Source: Gnetum montanum (lineage: Eukaryota; Plantae; Gnetophyta). Taken from it: 64,000 nucleotides of DNA. Position 1 is the stretch's first letter; each line of letters begins with the position of its first letter. The notes beneath the pieces are model-generated. The model was not told where the DNA came from, made no database searches, and worked only from the letters and a program-made list of their open reading frames with translations. Positions 48,537 to 62,791 of the stretch are shown piece after piece. The position numbers were made by a program, and so were the translations under genes. Where the stretch lies: NCBI GenBank assembly GCA_015680685.1, contig MNCI01000852.1:551349-615348 (forward strand), in the 5' to 3' direction.

Positions 48537-51500
48537 GTAAGGTTGTTTAATTTGTCATTTCTATTCTGTTGTTTAGTGTTTTCTCCTATTCTGACGGCCG
48601 TCCTTTTGCATGCCCCAAGTTGACAAAGATGGAATATGCGTAAATGATGATAGACTTGCACTAGCTCACACTGCTTTAGAGACCTTCATGGCAGGTCCCA
48701 CCCTTTGCGGAGCTGTATTAGCTTAGACTAAGGGTGACATTGTTCATTTTCATAAGCGATTTTCTAGGGATTTTGCGCAATGCATGGCTCGAGGATGGCT
48801 ACATGGAGATTGGTCACGTAATGGAACGATTTTTCCCCGTGATACTTACTTGGGTCCTAGTAACGTGAATCCCATGACTGAAGGTAAGTGATGATATTTC
48901 TCTGATGTCTTAGTTTGTTTATTCGGCTGCAATGTTGGTCATACTAGTGCTATGGTTTTACATTGTGTTTACAGTTAACGTCCCCCTCGACGGAGACCCT
49001 ATTACGATAGGGTGCATTGAGAGCACCCTGTCGATGAAATTTGGGGAGGTCAGCAAGGCGCAACGATAGTTGCGTACCAGTGCCCCACTGTCTATCATCC
49101 GTTGTTTGAATGATGCTGGCCTCATGGAGCTATTCACAACCCCAAGCCCTGATGTCTCTGTAGCTGAAATTATTGGAATTGTTAATTCGTTCAACAACTC
49201 TGTCACTTACTACAACACCCATATCAAGGGGGTCAAAATAGTTTTTCATCTGTCAGCTGATTTCTTTTCAGACCTCTTTGGTATCCCGGTAGATGGTGTG
49301 AACATGGTTTTAGATAGGGTGTAGAAAGAGCTCCATGTGGTGCGTGAGTTAGAAGATTGGTTGGGCATTCTCAAGGGCTCTAAGGGGTTCCCTATGCAAG
49401 GAACATCAAAGGTAATGGAAATCAATGGACTGTATCCCCTATTTAGGGCATGGGTGTTTCCTAAATCCCTGTCTCAAGTGAAGAGTCTTGGGGTGGAAGC
49501 CATGCACATCATGCGGACCATTTTAGAGGCTGAGATGCGTTATAATTGGGCCCAATTTTTGTTGCCGGGTTTCCATAGGGAGATAGTGTGATTGCGCTCA
49601 AATGTTAAGGCATAGTCCCATTTTACCTTCGCATTTTTCACAGGTTATCTAAGTCGCCTGGCTGAATTTCTGGTGGTTCTTGTAGATAATAAATATGTTT
49701 TGCGGGATCGTACTCAATTATCTTGCCCATGGATTAACCATTTGTTCGAGGTAGCTGAGTCTCAAGATGCACTCGAGGGGATCTATGAATCAGTTTCTAT
49801 GACAACAGAGGGGTCATCCGACGCTTCAATCCATACACATGACAGTGTGGAGCTGGAACCAGAAAATGTGCCCTACACTGCTAAGAGGGCTGATCAGGTG
49901 ATCAAGGAGATCATCGGGAAAGCCAAATCGAAGATTCAGAAGCATGAATGCCCTCAAGAGGTGGCCTCAACTGTGGAAGAGCCAAGGGTGAAGTGTATAC
50001 GATTCAAAATGCCTGCTTGAGGTAAGTAAGCTTGATGCACTTATTGTATTGCTATTATCATCATTTTCGTCTTATTCATTGTTTTTTTTTGTTTTGACCA
50101 CTTACATGAAACTAATGTCTTTAGACCTGACTCAGGAAGTGAGAAGACAGGAGCTAGAAACTATTATCAAGGAGGAGGAAGTTCCAACGAATTTAATTGA
50201 GGAGGAAGAGGTTGGCAAATATTAGGTGGAAGTGACTGAAGAGTTGGCAGAAGACACCACAGAGATAGAACTGGTCGATGACCGGGATGGTGTTGATGAA
50301 ATATTTAATAGCTTCCTTAAGGGAAGATTGGACCTTGGTAACCCTCCGAACCGGGAAGGGAACAGAGAATCCAGTATATTCCCTTTTGTTTTATTGCATT
50401 GCCTTGTGAATCATTGTTTCCATTATGTGGTGTTTAATTTTATGTTTTTTATCACTTCTAGATGAAGATATTGAAACTAGGACAATTCCTACGATGCGGT
50501 TAGAAGTGCCTATGATAGTGGCTCCCCCTGAAACAACCACTGAGGCTAATCCATCTCATACTCATGAACCATTTACTTGGACCGAGATTCCAAGAAAAAT
50601 GGATTTCGTCACCAGTATCGTTGACGAGGTGGTCGAATGTATTCAGCAAGCTCACCCTGAAATAGGTATAGAAGTCTCAAGCATTTTGCAGCCTCGAGTT
50701 TCATATTCCTTTTGCCATCTAAGATCTAATGCCTGTTCTTTTCATGTGGGTAGGAGCTAAATTGAAGTGGGATCCATTTGAGGTTGTTTGTATTAAGAGC
50801 TTGCCTGCACTACTGCTAGAAGTTGAACAGATACCGAGATAGGTCTATGACGAGGTGGAAGAATGTCTTGTGCATAACGCCAAATCGCTTTGGACCTATA
50901 GGCGCTCCATTGAACAGCTATGGTTGCAGATCCAGGCAAGGGAAAGAGAGGTTTCCAAGTTATTGACTGAACGTGATGATCTCAAAGCTCGTTATGAGTT
51001 CACCTCAGTCAGATTAACAGGTGATCGTTCTTGAAGAAACTTCCAAGATCACTTAAACCATATATTGGAACTTGCTGAATCGCCATGCATCATTGACTCA
51101 GAAGCTAATAAAGCGTAAGGCCTAGATAGATTTGCTGAACCTCAAGTGTCAGGATTGGAAGGCTTTCACTTCCAAAGTGTGGAAGTGGGGTCAAGATGAG
51201 AAGAACCATAAGCATCATTACAAGAAGTCATTAAAAGAAGTATCTATAGAGAAATGTCATCTTGAAATGTTCGTAGAGGGTCTGGGTCTACGTTCTGCTA
51301 AGAATACCATTGTTGAGATGGAATCGCCCACGAGGGTAATTACGACTACTTCTGGGGAGGTCTCTGTGGGTGAATTTCCCTTGAAACATCCCACATGGTT
51401 GATGGTTGACAAGGGGAAGGCCTTAGCGAACATCGATCTGGGCCTTAATGTGACTGACTGGGCTAGCGTCTCAGAGGAAGAAATTCTCCATCGGTTGGAA

Positions 51501-52110
51501 TTCGGTTTAGGAGGGTCTTCTACGGTAAGCAGTTTCTTGTGAATTTTGTTCATTGAATAACGTTTGGGAGTTTTCTCTTTTCTTCTTGTGTTGATTGTTT
51601 CTTTTGCTTTTTATAGGGTCGAGGCGATGACAACTTCAAGAAGGTGGCCCCAACGGAGCAGGGACCCATGGTGCTGGCGAGTCTGAAGGGGACAGCCCTC
51701 CCGTCCCTGATGTTTAGTTTTGACTTTGAAACTATCTCGGCTCATAATTTTACATGAATCGTAAATTGAATGTTTTACCTTGAGTTGTATTGAACTGATG
51801 AATGGAATTAGTTAACTGTTGTATTTGTCTAACTGTATATGACTACATATATATATATTTCTGTATATATTTTTTTTGTGAATTTTGAGTTTAAATGTAA
51901 ACACGATGCGGCAATGTAAAATGTTTTAGTTTGTTTTGCTGTTTAAGTGTAATGCACGAAGTGGGAATGCAAGTAGGAATGTAATTATAAGCGAAGGATA
52001 ATTGTGAAAAGGAAAATGTGAAGAAAAATTGTTATTGATAACATGACAATATAAGCATAAATTCGAACAATGAACTTGAATTTGCGAGAAAAACAAAGTG
52101 TATGCAAATG

Positions 52111-52315
52111 GTTTAGTTTAAGGCCATTTCGGGCCCCATGCACTAGTTTAAGGCCATTTCAGGCCATGTGTAAACAAGGGAAGTTTCAAGTGACACTGGT
52201 GGATTTCTTGATAGACCGACCATTTCTGAACGTGGCTAGTTTTATGTCGTTGCGGACATGTGATAGTTTAATGTTGTTTTGGACTGTGAATTTAGTTTAA
52301 CATCGTTTCAGACTT
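52111..52315 (-). repeat. Hairpin+TAAACT motif cluster after protease (D)
   Basis: (minus) ggggcccgaaatggccttaaacta and 4 variants, same position as B1 27921-28036. Confidence 0.85.
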
Positions 52316-52324
52316 GAATGTCAT

Positions 52325-55300
52325 TTATTGGCTTAGTAATTTTTTGATTTTCCTCATTTTAACATTAGGAGTAGCATTAACGGGTATGATTCTATATTCA
52401 GCATCTCCTTCACTAATCACGTTGAACGGTAATTCGGCCCAAGGGATGTCTGATGGAACAGTTCCCGCATTGGTGCTTTCTGATGTTTCTGCATGTACTG
52501 TAGTTTCTACATTTGTTGTAGTTTCTAGGTGAGGCTGTATATATACAATTTCAGGCCCGAGTATTTCTGTGTTAGGTAAATTTTTCTTTGTGTTTAATAG
52601 ATTATTGCTTACTGGTTGCGTGCATCTTTGTTGTTCATTTGTATCATCTTGTTTAGGCTCTTCGAACTTAACCTCTGAGCCTTGGTNAAAACTAATTAGA
52701 CCAACCACCACCATGTGTTTGAAATTGTTCAGTGGATCACACNATGGGATAGGGTACTACGTTTGTAGCAGCTTCATCATCTACATGCACTCTATGTATC
52801 TTGAATTGATTTATTCGTATCGTTATGAACATAGGTGCAATTGTCACTTCTCCTATTTTCTCATCCATTTTGATGTTGTCATTGTGGAAACCTAATGGCC
52901 TAGGAGTCCATCCTTGAGGCGAATACATTACCACATGAATTGAAGGTTCATTTGGAGGTAAGTCTTTGCTTACTGGGATGGATGTCAACATGTGCACTAG
53001 GGCTTCGCGATGGGTTTGAGAGGTTAACATCAGGTCGTATAAGCTTAACGAAGTGTTTTTTTGTTTAAGTGTTTGTGTGACCTGTGTTAGAGCTGTTGCT
53101 AAATCTTTACTATTGGACGTATGTTTGTCGATAGTCATTTGGTCCATAGGGCCCAACAGTTTTATCTCATGCGTAGTTGGTTTATCATTTTTACCCACAA
53201 TCGTTGATCTAGATGTATCATGCTTTCCGGATGATTCACCCTCATAGCCAGTGTTTGGTTTATTATTAGGTGATGTCATGGGTATTGCACTTAGCGGGGT
53301 AGGCTTGGGAGGTCCTAAGGCTAGTCGTTGACGTTCCTTCTTCAAGCTTTCTTGTGTAAGCTTGTCTGCCAGGCGTTCTCGTGTATGGCATGGGGGTACA
53401 GTTGGTTTCAGAACCTCAAGTTGTTTTGGAACCTGTACAACGTATGGAGTAGGGTGGGGTTGCGGATGGACGGATGAATGCGGTTGAGTGTTAGGCTAGC
53501 TAGGCATCCTGATGACATAGGGGATCGATTTATTCTATGTTTGCGGAGTGGAGGATTGGTGGTCATCAGGACGTTCGGGTATCCTAACAACATATGGAGT
53601 TGGCCTAGCTGGAGGTTGTACCTCCGTAGTTGCAACCACAGGTGATACTCAGACTACGTAGGAAGTGGGTCGAGTAGGAGATGGTTGTGCATCTGTGGTA
53701 GCAGTGGCGGGAGGTACATGCACCACGTATGGTTTTTCACATGGTGGTATGATAGAAGTTGCTACGGCAGGGGGTATTCAGATGACATAAATTTTTTGTG
53801 GGGAGTATGATGGTTGAGGCACAGGTGTTTGTATAGTGGGAGGAATATGCACTATAAATGGTCTCTTAGGCATTTGCTGCTTCTGATCGGAATGGATGGT
53901 GTTGATCCTAGGTGTTCCCAGTTCGTTATCGAAGTAGATGGTGTTAATTACATATGGTTCTTCTTTAGTATTTAGAGGATCTTTATATACGCCCATGGCT
54001 TGGTTTTGTGGTTGGACCGGGTTGGCTTCATCAAAAGTGATTTGACCTTCGTCGATCATCTGTTGGATATCTTGTTTTAGGGTGAAACAATAGTCAGTGC
54101 CATGCCCATTACATTGATGATAATCACAAAAATGGTCCATTCTAAAACCTTTTGGAACTGGGGGTTCATCCGGTGTTGCCAGGCTTGGGTTCTGAACCAA
54201 TTGACAAAATCGATCATGTTTTTGGATTTCTGCAGGGGACAATTGTTTATGTTTCATCAGTTCGGCCTTCAAGAGTTGGTCGAATAATTACAAGGGTTTC
54301 ATGGGCAACGGGGTATATTGAGAGGGGTTCTTCCTCTCGAAGTTTCTCATACGACCCGGTGTAGGATCTGTGATGTAAATGATTTGGGTGCCATCACAGG
54401 AGCGGGTCTAGCATAATTAGCAAGGGCAGCGGGTGGTTTGCTTTGTTGTCCTGCATTCGCTTATTGTGTTTTTGCTACTGCTGCTATAGTTGTTTTAGCC
54501 TTTTCTTTGTCTTTCTTATTATGTTGATTTTTAAAGGCTGAATATGCAGGGTCATGGCTGTTTTGGGTTGCCTCCTCTATGTTCTTGATCTATACAAACA
54601 CTTGACTAAGAATGCGTGCATTGAGATAATATAATTTGGACTTGACAAAATCATTGACAGCCCCTTTTAGAATGGTGAGGAGATACGTCTCCGGGATTGG
54701 CTCGTGGAGCTCATTGAGGGCAGCACTCCACCATTGAATGAATTTTTGGACAGGTTCAAGTGGTGCTTGCTTGACCCGTATGAGGCTATCAAGTGTTGCT
54801 TCAGGCTTCAAGTTATACTTGAACTTGGTAACGAATTGGTGTAACAAATTTTATAGAGAATATATTGAGTTTTGTCGCAAAGCCTGATACCAATCAAGTG
54901 CTCTACCTATGAGGGACATGGGGAACACTCGCAGAATGGCATGTGACCATACCTGAAGTAGCGCGCATTCTAATCTAAACATTATAAGGTGAGCGTTGGG
55001 GTCTATCTCCCCATTGTATTTAGTTAGCGTGGGTAAGAAAACACCCTTAGGTAGTATTAGAGGCGGAACTGAAGAGTTGATAGGGTCATCGTGATAGAAG
55101 TCCACTACCTTAAGCTCTCCGTCAGTGGTTGTTTTGAGGTGTTTGACCTCATCAGTTAGCTCCTGCATTAGCTTTTTGGCATTAGCCCAGTCTTGGGCAC
55201 TAGGTGAGATAGTAGGTTGATGATGTTGTACAGTATAAAGGTTAGATTGTTGGATACTGGGCTGGAAGGAAGAAAGTTGTGTGGTTGGAGGCTGCGCTTG

Positions 55301-56300
55301 CAGAATAGTTGTGGTGGGTGGTACTAGGGGTGGCACATTGTAGGTAAGGGATTGTTGTTGTTGTTGTGGTTGTACTTGAGGGATGTTAGCAGGTAAAATT
55401 GTATGAGACGGTATGTTATAGTGAGGGGGTTGATGCAGTTGAGCACCAATCGCAGCCCATTGCCCAGTCACGCTTTGTGTAGGGGCACTCTGAACTTGTT
55501 GAGTTACAATGGTGAAAGGGGCTCCTTGGGTTTGGATCCGCAGTATATAATAAGCAGATGTAGAAGCCGGTATCACATGCGGCATCTCGATCACTCTAGG
55601 CGGGAAGGTTGCTCCTACATTATTTTGAGGAGGTTGTATTTGCAAGAACGGGGATACTATTGCAATGGGGGGAATAGCAAGGGGAAGTGTGTTGAGTTGC
55701 GTATTGGTTACAGGAGGAGTAGGGGTAAGCATGGATGGTTCCTATTGAGGTATTTGTGCTTGGGTGATTTTAAATGGTTGGAGGGACATAGCTTCCCCTG
55801 TGGCTGGATGAAACAACAGGTTTGCATAGGTTTTGTGGGCTGAGGGTATGGTATGAATCTTCATGCTCAGACTAAGCTGCAAAGTCATCCTCCTCTTCCA
55901 ATTGAGGATTTGCCACAGACTGGTCCAGAGACTGACTCCTTAGTAGGAGGAGTTGTGAGATGAGCTCAGAGTAGTGCTCTGGGAGAGGGATGATATCATA
56001 CGGGGAAGGGATGAACTCATGTCCTCCCCTATGGAAGAGTTCATATTGTCTCTTAACCTCCATTTCGGTTTGATCCACGGCTAGGCCGGCTTGTATTTTT
56101 ACGCATATGAAATTGTATTTCTCCTGAGTTATAATGTTAAATGATGGGTTCCTCCCTTGCAATCTGAGAGACTGGCGAGGCCCTGTCGTGGGTTGTACTA
56201 CAGGTTGTTGAACGGCCATGGGGCCTACGATATCTATGATGGGCTTGGTTGAAGCGTTGGGATTTGCAGTGTTCATGATGAACGGTTGTGAATATAACAC
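52325..56300 (-). pseudogene. D gag-protease, disrupted
   Basis: TKYNGEIDPNAHL...VFPMSLIGRALDWY; HFCDYHQCNGHGTDYC; RVHVDDEAATNVVP; the C-terminal half of the protease appears deleted near the n bases at ~52690-52745. Confidence 0.88.
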
Positions 56301-56369
56301 GGTGGAAAGGATATGGAACTGGTATACTTATCAGAGCGTACACCTAAGTTTGTAGCATACAACTTATAG

Positions 56370-56955
56370 ACTGGATCTCAGCGTATAGGCTTCAGCGACC
56401 AGCGTATAGAGACAACATGCATTGTACAGGTAGGCTGAGCAGTGTGTAGACAGGGTCTACAGTGTACAATGTAGACTGAGCAGTGTGTACATAGGGTCTA
56501 TAGTGTACAATGTAGACTGAGTAGCGTGTAGATAGGGTCTACAGCGTATAGCGTAGACTAGGCAGCATGTAGACTGGGTCTACAGCGTTCAGCGTAGACT
56601 GGGCAGTGTGTAGATAGGGTCTATAGCATACAGGTAGGCTGAGTAGCGTATAGACAGAGTCTATAGCATACAGCTTAGGCTAAGCAGTGTGTAGATAGGG
56701 TCTACAGCATACAGGTAGGTTGAGCAGCGTATAAATAGAGTCTACAGTGTACAGCTTAGGTTGAGCAGCATGTAGACAGGGTCTACAGTGTACAGCATAG
56801 ACTGAGCAGCATGTAGACTAGGTCTACAGCGTACAGCGTATAGGTAGGCTGAGCAGCGTGTAGACAGAGTCTACAGTGTACAACGTACAAGTATGCTGAG
56901 CAGCGTATAGATAGAGTCTACAGCATACAACTTAGACTGAGCAGCATGTAGACGC
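56370..56955. repeat. ~41-50 bp tandem repeat with hairpin core in D 5' UTR
   Basis: Unit gagcagcgtgtagacagggtctacagcgtacagcgtagact; tgtagac-agg-gtctaca inverted repeat; about 12 copies. Confidence 0.93.
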
Positions 56956-57072
56956 TGGGAATTCTATAGAATGGGGTACAGATCTGGGAATTTCAGAGCC
57001 AGGTTTGGTGTCAGTGTGATGTGAATCTGGGAAGACCAGGGTATGAGATCAAAGTAAGTTTAAACAGTTTCA

Positions 57073-57091
57073 GGCCCTCCTTCTAGCGCCA
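57073..57091 (-). promoter_or_regulatory. Primer-binding site, tRNA-Asn(GUU), element D
   Basis: Plus strand ggccctccttctagcgcca matches the tRNA-Asn 3' end including CCA; 5 nt from the LTR. Confidence 0.88.
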
Positions 57092-57096
57092 TTTTC

Positions 57097-58555
57097 TGTA
57101 CTGTCCGAAATCATCGATCTTCGGCTGGAATGAAATAGAAACTAGGAGATCCCCAGACAAGCACAGAAGATCCTACCTTCGCTTGAGGATGAGCTGGAAT
57201 TAACGAAGGTAGAGTACCTTGAATGGTCTACATGTGGATCAGACAGGGATTTCCCTAAACATACACCGTTATACTATATGCTGGGTTATACGTAAACAGT
57301 GTAACTAATGTTAAATGGAGCGTAAACGTACAGGAATGTAAACAATAAGCATACAATAATGAACGAAAAAATGTAACAAATCTTAGCAAAAGAAATGTGG
57401 CAATATTATTGCGAAACAGAAAGTTACAATGCACCGGTCTAACGCAATTGTGAATCTAACACAAGGTAGACGATGAGCCCTGGTGGATGCGGAGGGATGA
57501 TGGTGTGCTGGTTTGAACTGCAGGCACAACGTGAAGGCTGTATGCTCAGCGTGCAGGGTTGAGGTCCAGCGTACAATTTTCTTTTGCTCTGGTTTCTTAG
57601 TGTCTCAGGTTCTTTTTTTTTGTCTCTAGTTTACCCCTAAATTGCCAACCCCGATTTAGTCAAAAATCAGGGTTTTTATACAAGTTTCGATGTTAGACTC
57701 AAGTCTGAGAGGGGATGATTGGCCGTGGAGTGCTGGACTCTCAGGTTGGGTGACATGTGGCATGTTGACCAAGTACGAAAGAATAAAATTTTACAAGTGT
57801 ATATCATGCTACACGCAAGTGTATACTGTTGTACGCCAGCGTATACACACTGGGCGTGTGAACTCGACGTACAGACTTGACTAAAATAAAAGAAGTCATT
57901 CGGCCCTCGGGCTTGAAGTCAGATGTCACAAGAATGCTGCCTGTCGATGTTCAGCTTGATTGGCCTTCATTTAACACGGTTCTAGAGAGCTTTGATTGGT
58001 ACACGTTGTGCTACACACTGGGCGTACACATTGTATATGCTGGGCGTATACGCTAGGCGTACACGTTGTGCATCTATGCTGGGCATGCAGGATGCACATG
58101 CTCAGCATATGAACTCCAAAGTGCATGATGTCGAGACCAAAATTCATCTTTCTGGAGCCCATGATGACACCTGATAATTATTCTATTCCTCTAAGTTGAT
58201 GCCATATACAAAATCTTGCTCTGAAGTTCCATTTCCATGCTGTCTTTGGGATTGCCTGTTGGGCGTACATGTGAGGCGTGTATGCTGGGCATATACACTA
58301 GGAGTATACGTTGGGCGTGTACACTGCATACTGCATACTTAATGAAAACGCAGTATCTTGAGATTCAAAGTCTCGTTGTTTGATTCTAGATGTCGCCGTG
58401 GTCGTTTGTGGATCCCAGGGAACCGTTTCTTATTGAGTTCAACTCTACTTGAGGCTGTCTATGGGGCCCTCAAGCATCAGTCATGCTGGGGAGCATCATG
58501 ATTTAGCTCGACTCTTGTTGGAGAAGTACTAAGCTCAGAATTTTGTGGTGTTTCA
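57097..58555 (-). repeat. 5' LTR of D
   Basis: Direct repeat of 42746-44228; adjoins PBS and TSD. Confidence 0.95.
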
Positions 58556-59278
58556 CTTCTCACCTGGGGCTTGTATGGAATGGACAATAGTCTTTTGTTT
58601 ATGATGTTAATGGGGTTATGAAGACCTTTTTTGTGTATTTTTCTCTTTGACCTTTTTGTTCTTTTTCTTGTTTTTTCTTGTTTGTTTCTTCTTTTCTTTT
58701 GTTTTTTTTCTTTATTTGAAAGAGCTTGCTTTTAGTGTTGTGCTTATTTTCGAGTGTTTGCATTTTGTATCATGCATTGTATACTGTGTTTAGTGTTGCA
58801 ACTTCTTAGAGAATCACAGTGTGAAACAGTGTATCAAGAGTTTTGAGCTATGTGGAATGTATAAAGGAGGTGTAATTGGATAGGATAAGGGGGCATGTCC
58901 AAGAAATGGGGAATGCATTGGGAGTCGGGAATGTACTTATGAATGGATTGATTAACCCAGTTACGTGCGTTAGGAAGAATATGATACCTTGTCATCATGT
59001 TGAAGTGCATCTATGTACGAATGCCTCAGGAGTGTCATCCTGCAAACACAACTCCAAGAAGATAAGAAAAACACAAATGGATCAGTTAACTAAGCACTTT
59101 AAACAAGGAGATGGAGCCACCACATGTAATTCAAAAGTAGATAGAATCATGAACAACATCAACTTCATTAGGATGCATGAGACAAATTATGTAGCAAGCC
59201 TTTTGTGGAACATGAACATGAATAGCCAATCACAGAAACACATCTTTTCAAGTTTTTCCTCGTCATTGATGATGTCAC

Positions 59279-59905
59279 CAGTTTATAGTCTTAGCGGACT
59301 GTTGTGGGTTAGTTTCACATCGTAACCCCTTGGATGATGCCAATTTAGTGTCGTAGCTAATGGTGAATTACTAGTTTATAGTCATAGTAGACTATGAAGA
59401 AGAAAACTAGTTTATAGTCTTAGTGGACTTTGAATGCTAGCTTTATGTCATGGCAAACAGATGTGGTAGTTTAGCATCATACCAGATAGAGTTATGTGGT
59501 ATCAGTTTTAAGTCATGATGCCAAAACATTTTTTTGGTATCAGTTTTAAGTCATGATGCCAGGACTGTTCTGTGGTATCAGTTTAAGTCATGATGCTAGG
59601 GCTCTTCTATGCTAGTTTATAGTCATAGCAGACTATCTGTGCTTACCTTGCTTGTGTAAGGTGTGATGTTGCATGCATGGTCATGTTGTGTGCCTGCAAG
59701 ATCCCAAAAAAATCAACTAGAAAGAAAAAAACATCAAGCAACACCTTTCGTAAATAGAGTTAAAATGGATGAATGAAAGGAAAGCAATGCAAAAATTGAT
59801 ATTTTTAGGTTGTTCCAGGCTGTAAGCTAGTTTAAGGCCTTTTCGAGCCCTTGTTAGTTTAATATCATTTTGGACATGGGATAGTTTAACGTTAGTTTGG
59901 ATAGA
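59279..59905 (-). repeat. Hairpin+TAAACT motif clusters in C downstream of protease
   Basis: More than 10 copies, e.g. (minus) cagtccgctaagactataaactg, gggctcgaaaaggccttaaactagc. Confidence 0.8.
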
Positions 59906-62649
59906 GGTTGTGAAGGACTATTGGGTGGATGGGGCATTGTCACCACGTATGATGGTCTCCCTCCCTTTTGTGGAGGAGGTGGAGTTCTTGGTCGATGGGA
60001 GATGACACTGTGCATGACCTAGCTAGCTAGGGGCATCCTAGGATCATGTTGTAGTCTGACATCTAGTTGACGAATGTAAAGTTTGCAAACGTGCGGTGCT
60101 GGTCTCCTATCATGAAGGCGATGTGGATTGTGCCTTTAATGGCTATGCGTGCTCCATCAAAGGAGTTTAGAGACTCGATTTCAATCAATTGAATGTTGTG
60201 CGTTAGGCCTAGTCATTCGACGAAGGAGTGTGCAAGAACATTTTTTGCTGCACCATCATCGATGTGTACTCTACGTACTATGTATTTTTCGATGCTTATA
60301 CTAATGTTCAATGGTGCATGTGTTACATCCCCTTTTTTGGGGTCGATCTTGACATCATTGTTGTGGAAGGTTAGAGTCGGTGTGTTTGTATCTTGTGGTA
60401 CAAGGGATGTAATGGCTCCGTGAATGGCATCTTCAGTTGGAGACATGTTTTCTGTAGTAGGGATGGAGGCGAGCACGTGTGCTAGTGCTTCGTGATGCTT
60501 TGATGATGTTAAGATGAGGTTGAGCAAGGTAGGCATTACATTCTTATGTTTTAATGCATTGTGTGTATGAGATAGTACGTCTGCAAGGTTGTTGTTTATG
60601 TTTGTTGTGGTGGGAGCCTCCTCTATTGTATGAGCTATAATGTACAGCTCTTGTGGAGGGGAAATACATAAGGGTTGTTGTTTAGTGGCCTTAGGGGTAG
60701 AGCTAGGGCTGGTTTGTGGTTTAGGCATTAGTGACTTGGGTTGCCACTGCTTGTATGTGGCTAAGTTGCTGGAACTTGGACTTGGTGTGGATGTCGCCGG
60801 AGCAACTTGTGTGTTTAATGTCGTGATAGATGATGGTTGGCAATTTAACATCGTACTAGACGGGTTGTTAGATGTTGCCCTTATGATGAAGGGTCTCTTG
60901 TTTCAGGAAGTTGTTGAAGGTATGGGACTGCTAGGTTGCACTGTGTTGAATGATCCTTTCTTTGTCATTCTTTGTAAATCATTTTGTAAAGTTTGACAAG
61001 TTTCTATGTCATGTCCAGGCATTTGGTGGTAGTGCCAATATGCACTTAAGTCAAAATGTTGTGGGACACATGCGTTGTATGTTGTAGTGGGATGACTTGC
61101 CAATTCACAGTGTTTCTGGTTGCGTATGTAGGCATCATTTGACATGCATTTGCATTGGACCAAACCAACGTTGAGGAGCTATTCTAGCAATTGGGAAGGT
61201 TTTCTCAGCAAGGGTATGTGTTTGCGTTGGGTGCGCTCACGTCTAGGAGTGGCTTGTGTGGCGACGCTAAAGCTAGAGCTGGTGGTTTGGGGTGTTGAGG
61301 CCATGGGCCTGTTGGTTGCATGTGTTGGCATGGTGATTGTTGTGATTGTTGCATTTGATGTTGCTTATGTATCCTGCGCTATTTGTGTTGTTTGTGTTGG
61401 TTGTAGTTGTTGCATTTGTTGTTGTGCATGTTGTTGTTTTTTGTGTTGGCTCCTATAGGCCAAGTAGGATGGGTCATTTCTTGCTCTTGCTACCTCTTCG
61501 ATGCCCTTTGCTTAGTCAAAGGCCTGGGTAAGAGACTTTGGGTTCTAGTAGAGCAGTTTGGACTTGATGAAGTCATTGACTGCACCCTTGAAGATTGCCA
61601 AGAGATGTGTCTTTGAGATCAGCTCATGCATTTCATTAGCTATGGCACTCCATCGCTAGAGGAAGGGTAGTATGGGCTCCAGGGATCCTTGTCTGACATG
61701 GAGGAGCTTGTCGATTATCACTTCAGGTCTGATGTTGTATCTAAAGCATGTCACAAACTGGTGTATGAGGTCCTCGAGGGATGCGATGGAAGATCAGGGT
61801 AGGGCAAGGTACCACTCTAAAGCTTTGCCAGTGAGCGACAGGGGAAAGAGGTGTAGAATGACATGTGGCCAAGAGTGCAACGTGATGGCTTCTATGCAGA
61901 ATGTGATGATATGTGCATTGGGTTCACTATGAATGTTGTATTTTGTTAGCTGTGGAACTGAACCGCCCACGGGTAGTGTAAGGGGTAGGACCATAGGACA
62001 AATCGAATCATCACAGTAAAATTCCATCACCTTGGGTGTGTCTAAGGACATAGCCTTAAGTTGGTTGATTTCCTTCATCAAAGTATAGATGAGTTGGGAC
62101 ACTTGTTCCCAACTCATAGATTCACCAGTCGATTGTGTTGACTGGACTCGCATAGGTTGTGTGGTGAAGGGTTGGATCACCAGTTGTGGGCTTTGTGAGT
62201 TTAATGTCATGGCAGATGGTTGTTGGTAGTTTAATGTCATACCAGACGTGTGTTGGCAGTTTAAGGCCGTATTGGGCATGGTGGCTGAGGCACTGGTGAA
62301 ACAGGCATGACACATGTGGTTCTTGCATAAATGTTGGTTTGAGGTTGGGGAGGTTGGGGCATGGCCCCAGCGTACGTACTTGTGTTGCTTGGGGCTGGGC
62401 CCCATCGTACGTACAAGGTGTTTGGATTGTTTGGGGCTGGGCCCTAGTGTGTGTAGATTGTGAAGCGAATGCCTTAGACGTGTGCTCCAAGTGCTGTGAT
62501 TGTTGTGAGGAAGTAAGGCCCCAAGGGCTATTGGGTTCAAGTAGAGCCACGAACTCATACTCGTACTCAGATAACGATTTCAAGTAAGAGGAAGTCATCT
62601 CAGAATCATTATGTTCTGTATATTGTATGTATTGAACAAGGTGATCCAT
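59900..62649 (-). pseudogene. C gag-protease, disrupted
   Basis: TKYNIHSEPNAHI...LFPLSLTGKALEWY; YWHYHQMPGHDIETC; RVHIDDGAAKNVL; DYNMILGCP. Confidence 0.88.
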
Positions 62650-62791
62650 GTTGGTGGCAGTTAGTACTTAGACCGACTTGACGTTAGGTGCGAATTATGG
62701 TGAATTTGACTTTGAAACGGATGCATTTTGTGTGTTTTTGTTGAAAAACACTGTAGTGGTACTATAGCAGCATGCAGCATGAGTACTGTAG

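Larger units (their letters stand above)
47159..51710 (+). pseudogene. D antisense multi-exon accessory gene, homologous to B1 28203-32990
   Basis: TATA run ~47159; exon 1 MGKGKE... with donor 47500; donors at 48537, 48884, 50022, 51524; acceptors at 48974 and ~51616; peptide similarity to B1 exons. Confidence 0.78.
42746..58555 (-). mobile_element. D: Tat-like element with intact boundaries (gag-PR, antisense gene, aRH remnant, integrase; no RT/RH)
   Basis: LTR pair 42746-44228 and 57097-58555; perfect TSD CTTCT (42741-42745, 58556-58560); PBS 57073-57091; PPT 44229-44245. Confidence 0.95.

Noticed and set aside
47159-51710. Functional host phosphatase gene
   Set aside because: It lies inside LTR/TSD-bounded element D, has a positional homologue in B1, carries stops in other exons and lacks catalytic residues.
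57073-57091. tRNA-Asn gene
   Set aside because: Only the 3'-terminal ~17-19 nt including CCA, next to an LTR: a PBS.
59279-59640. CRISPR-like array (repeats with variable spacers)
   Set aside because: Eukaryotic retrotransposon context, degenerate repeats, irregular spacing and no cas genes.
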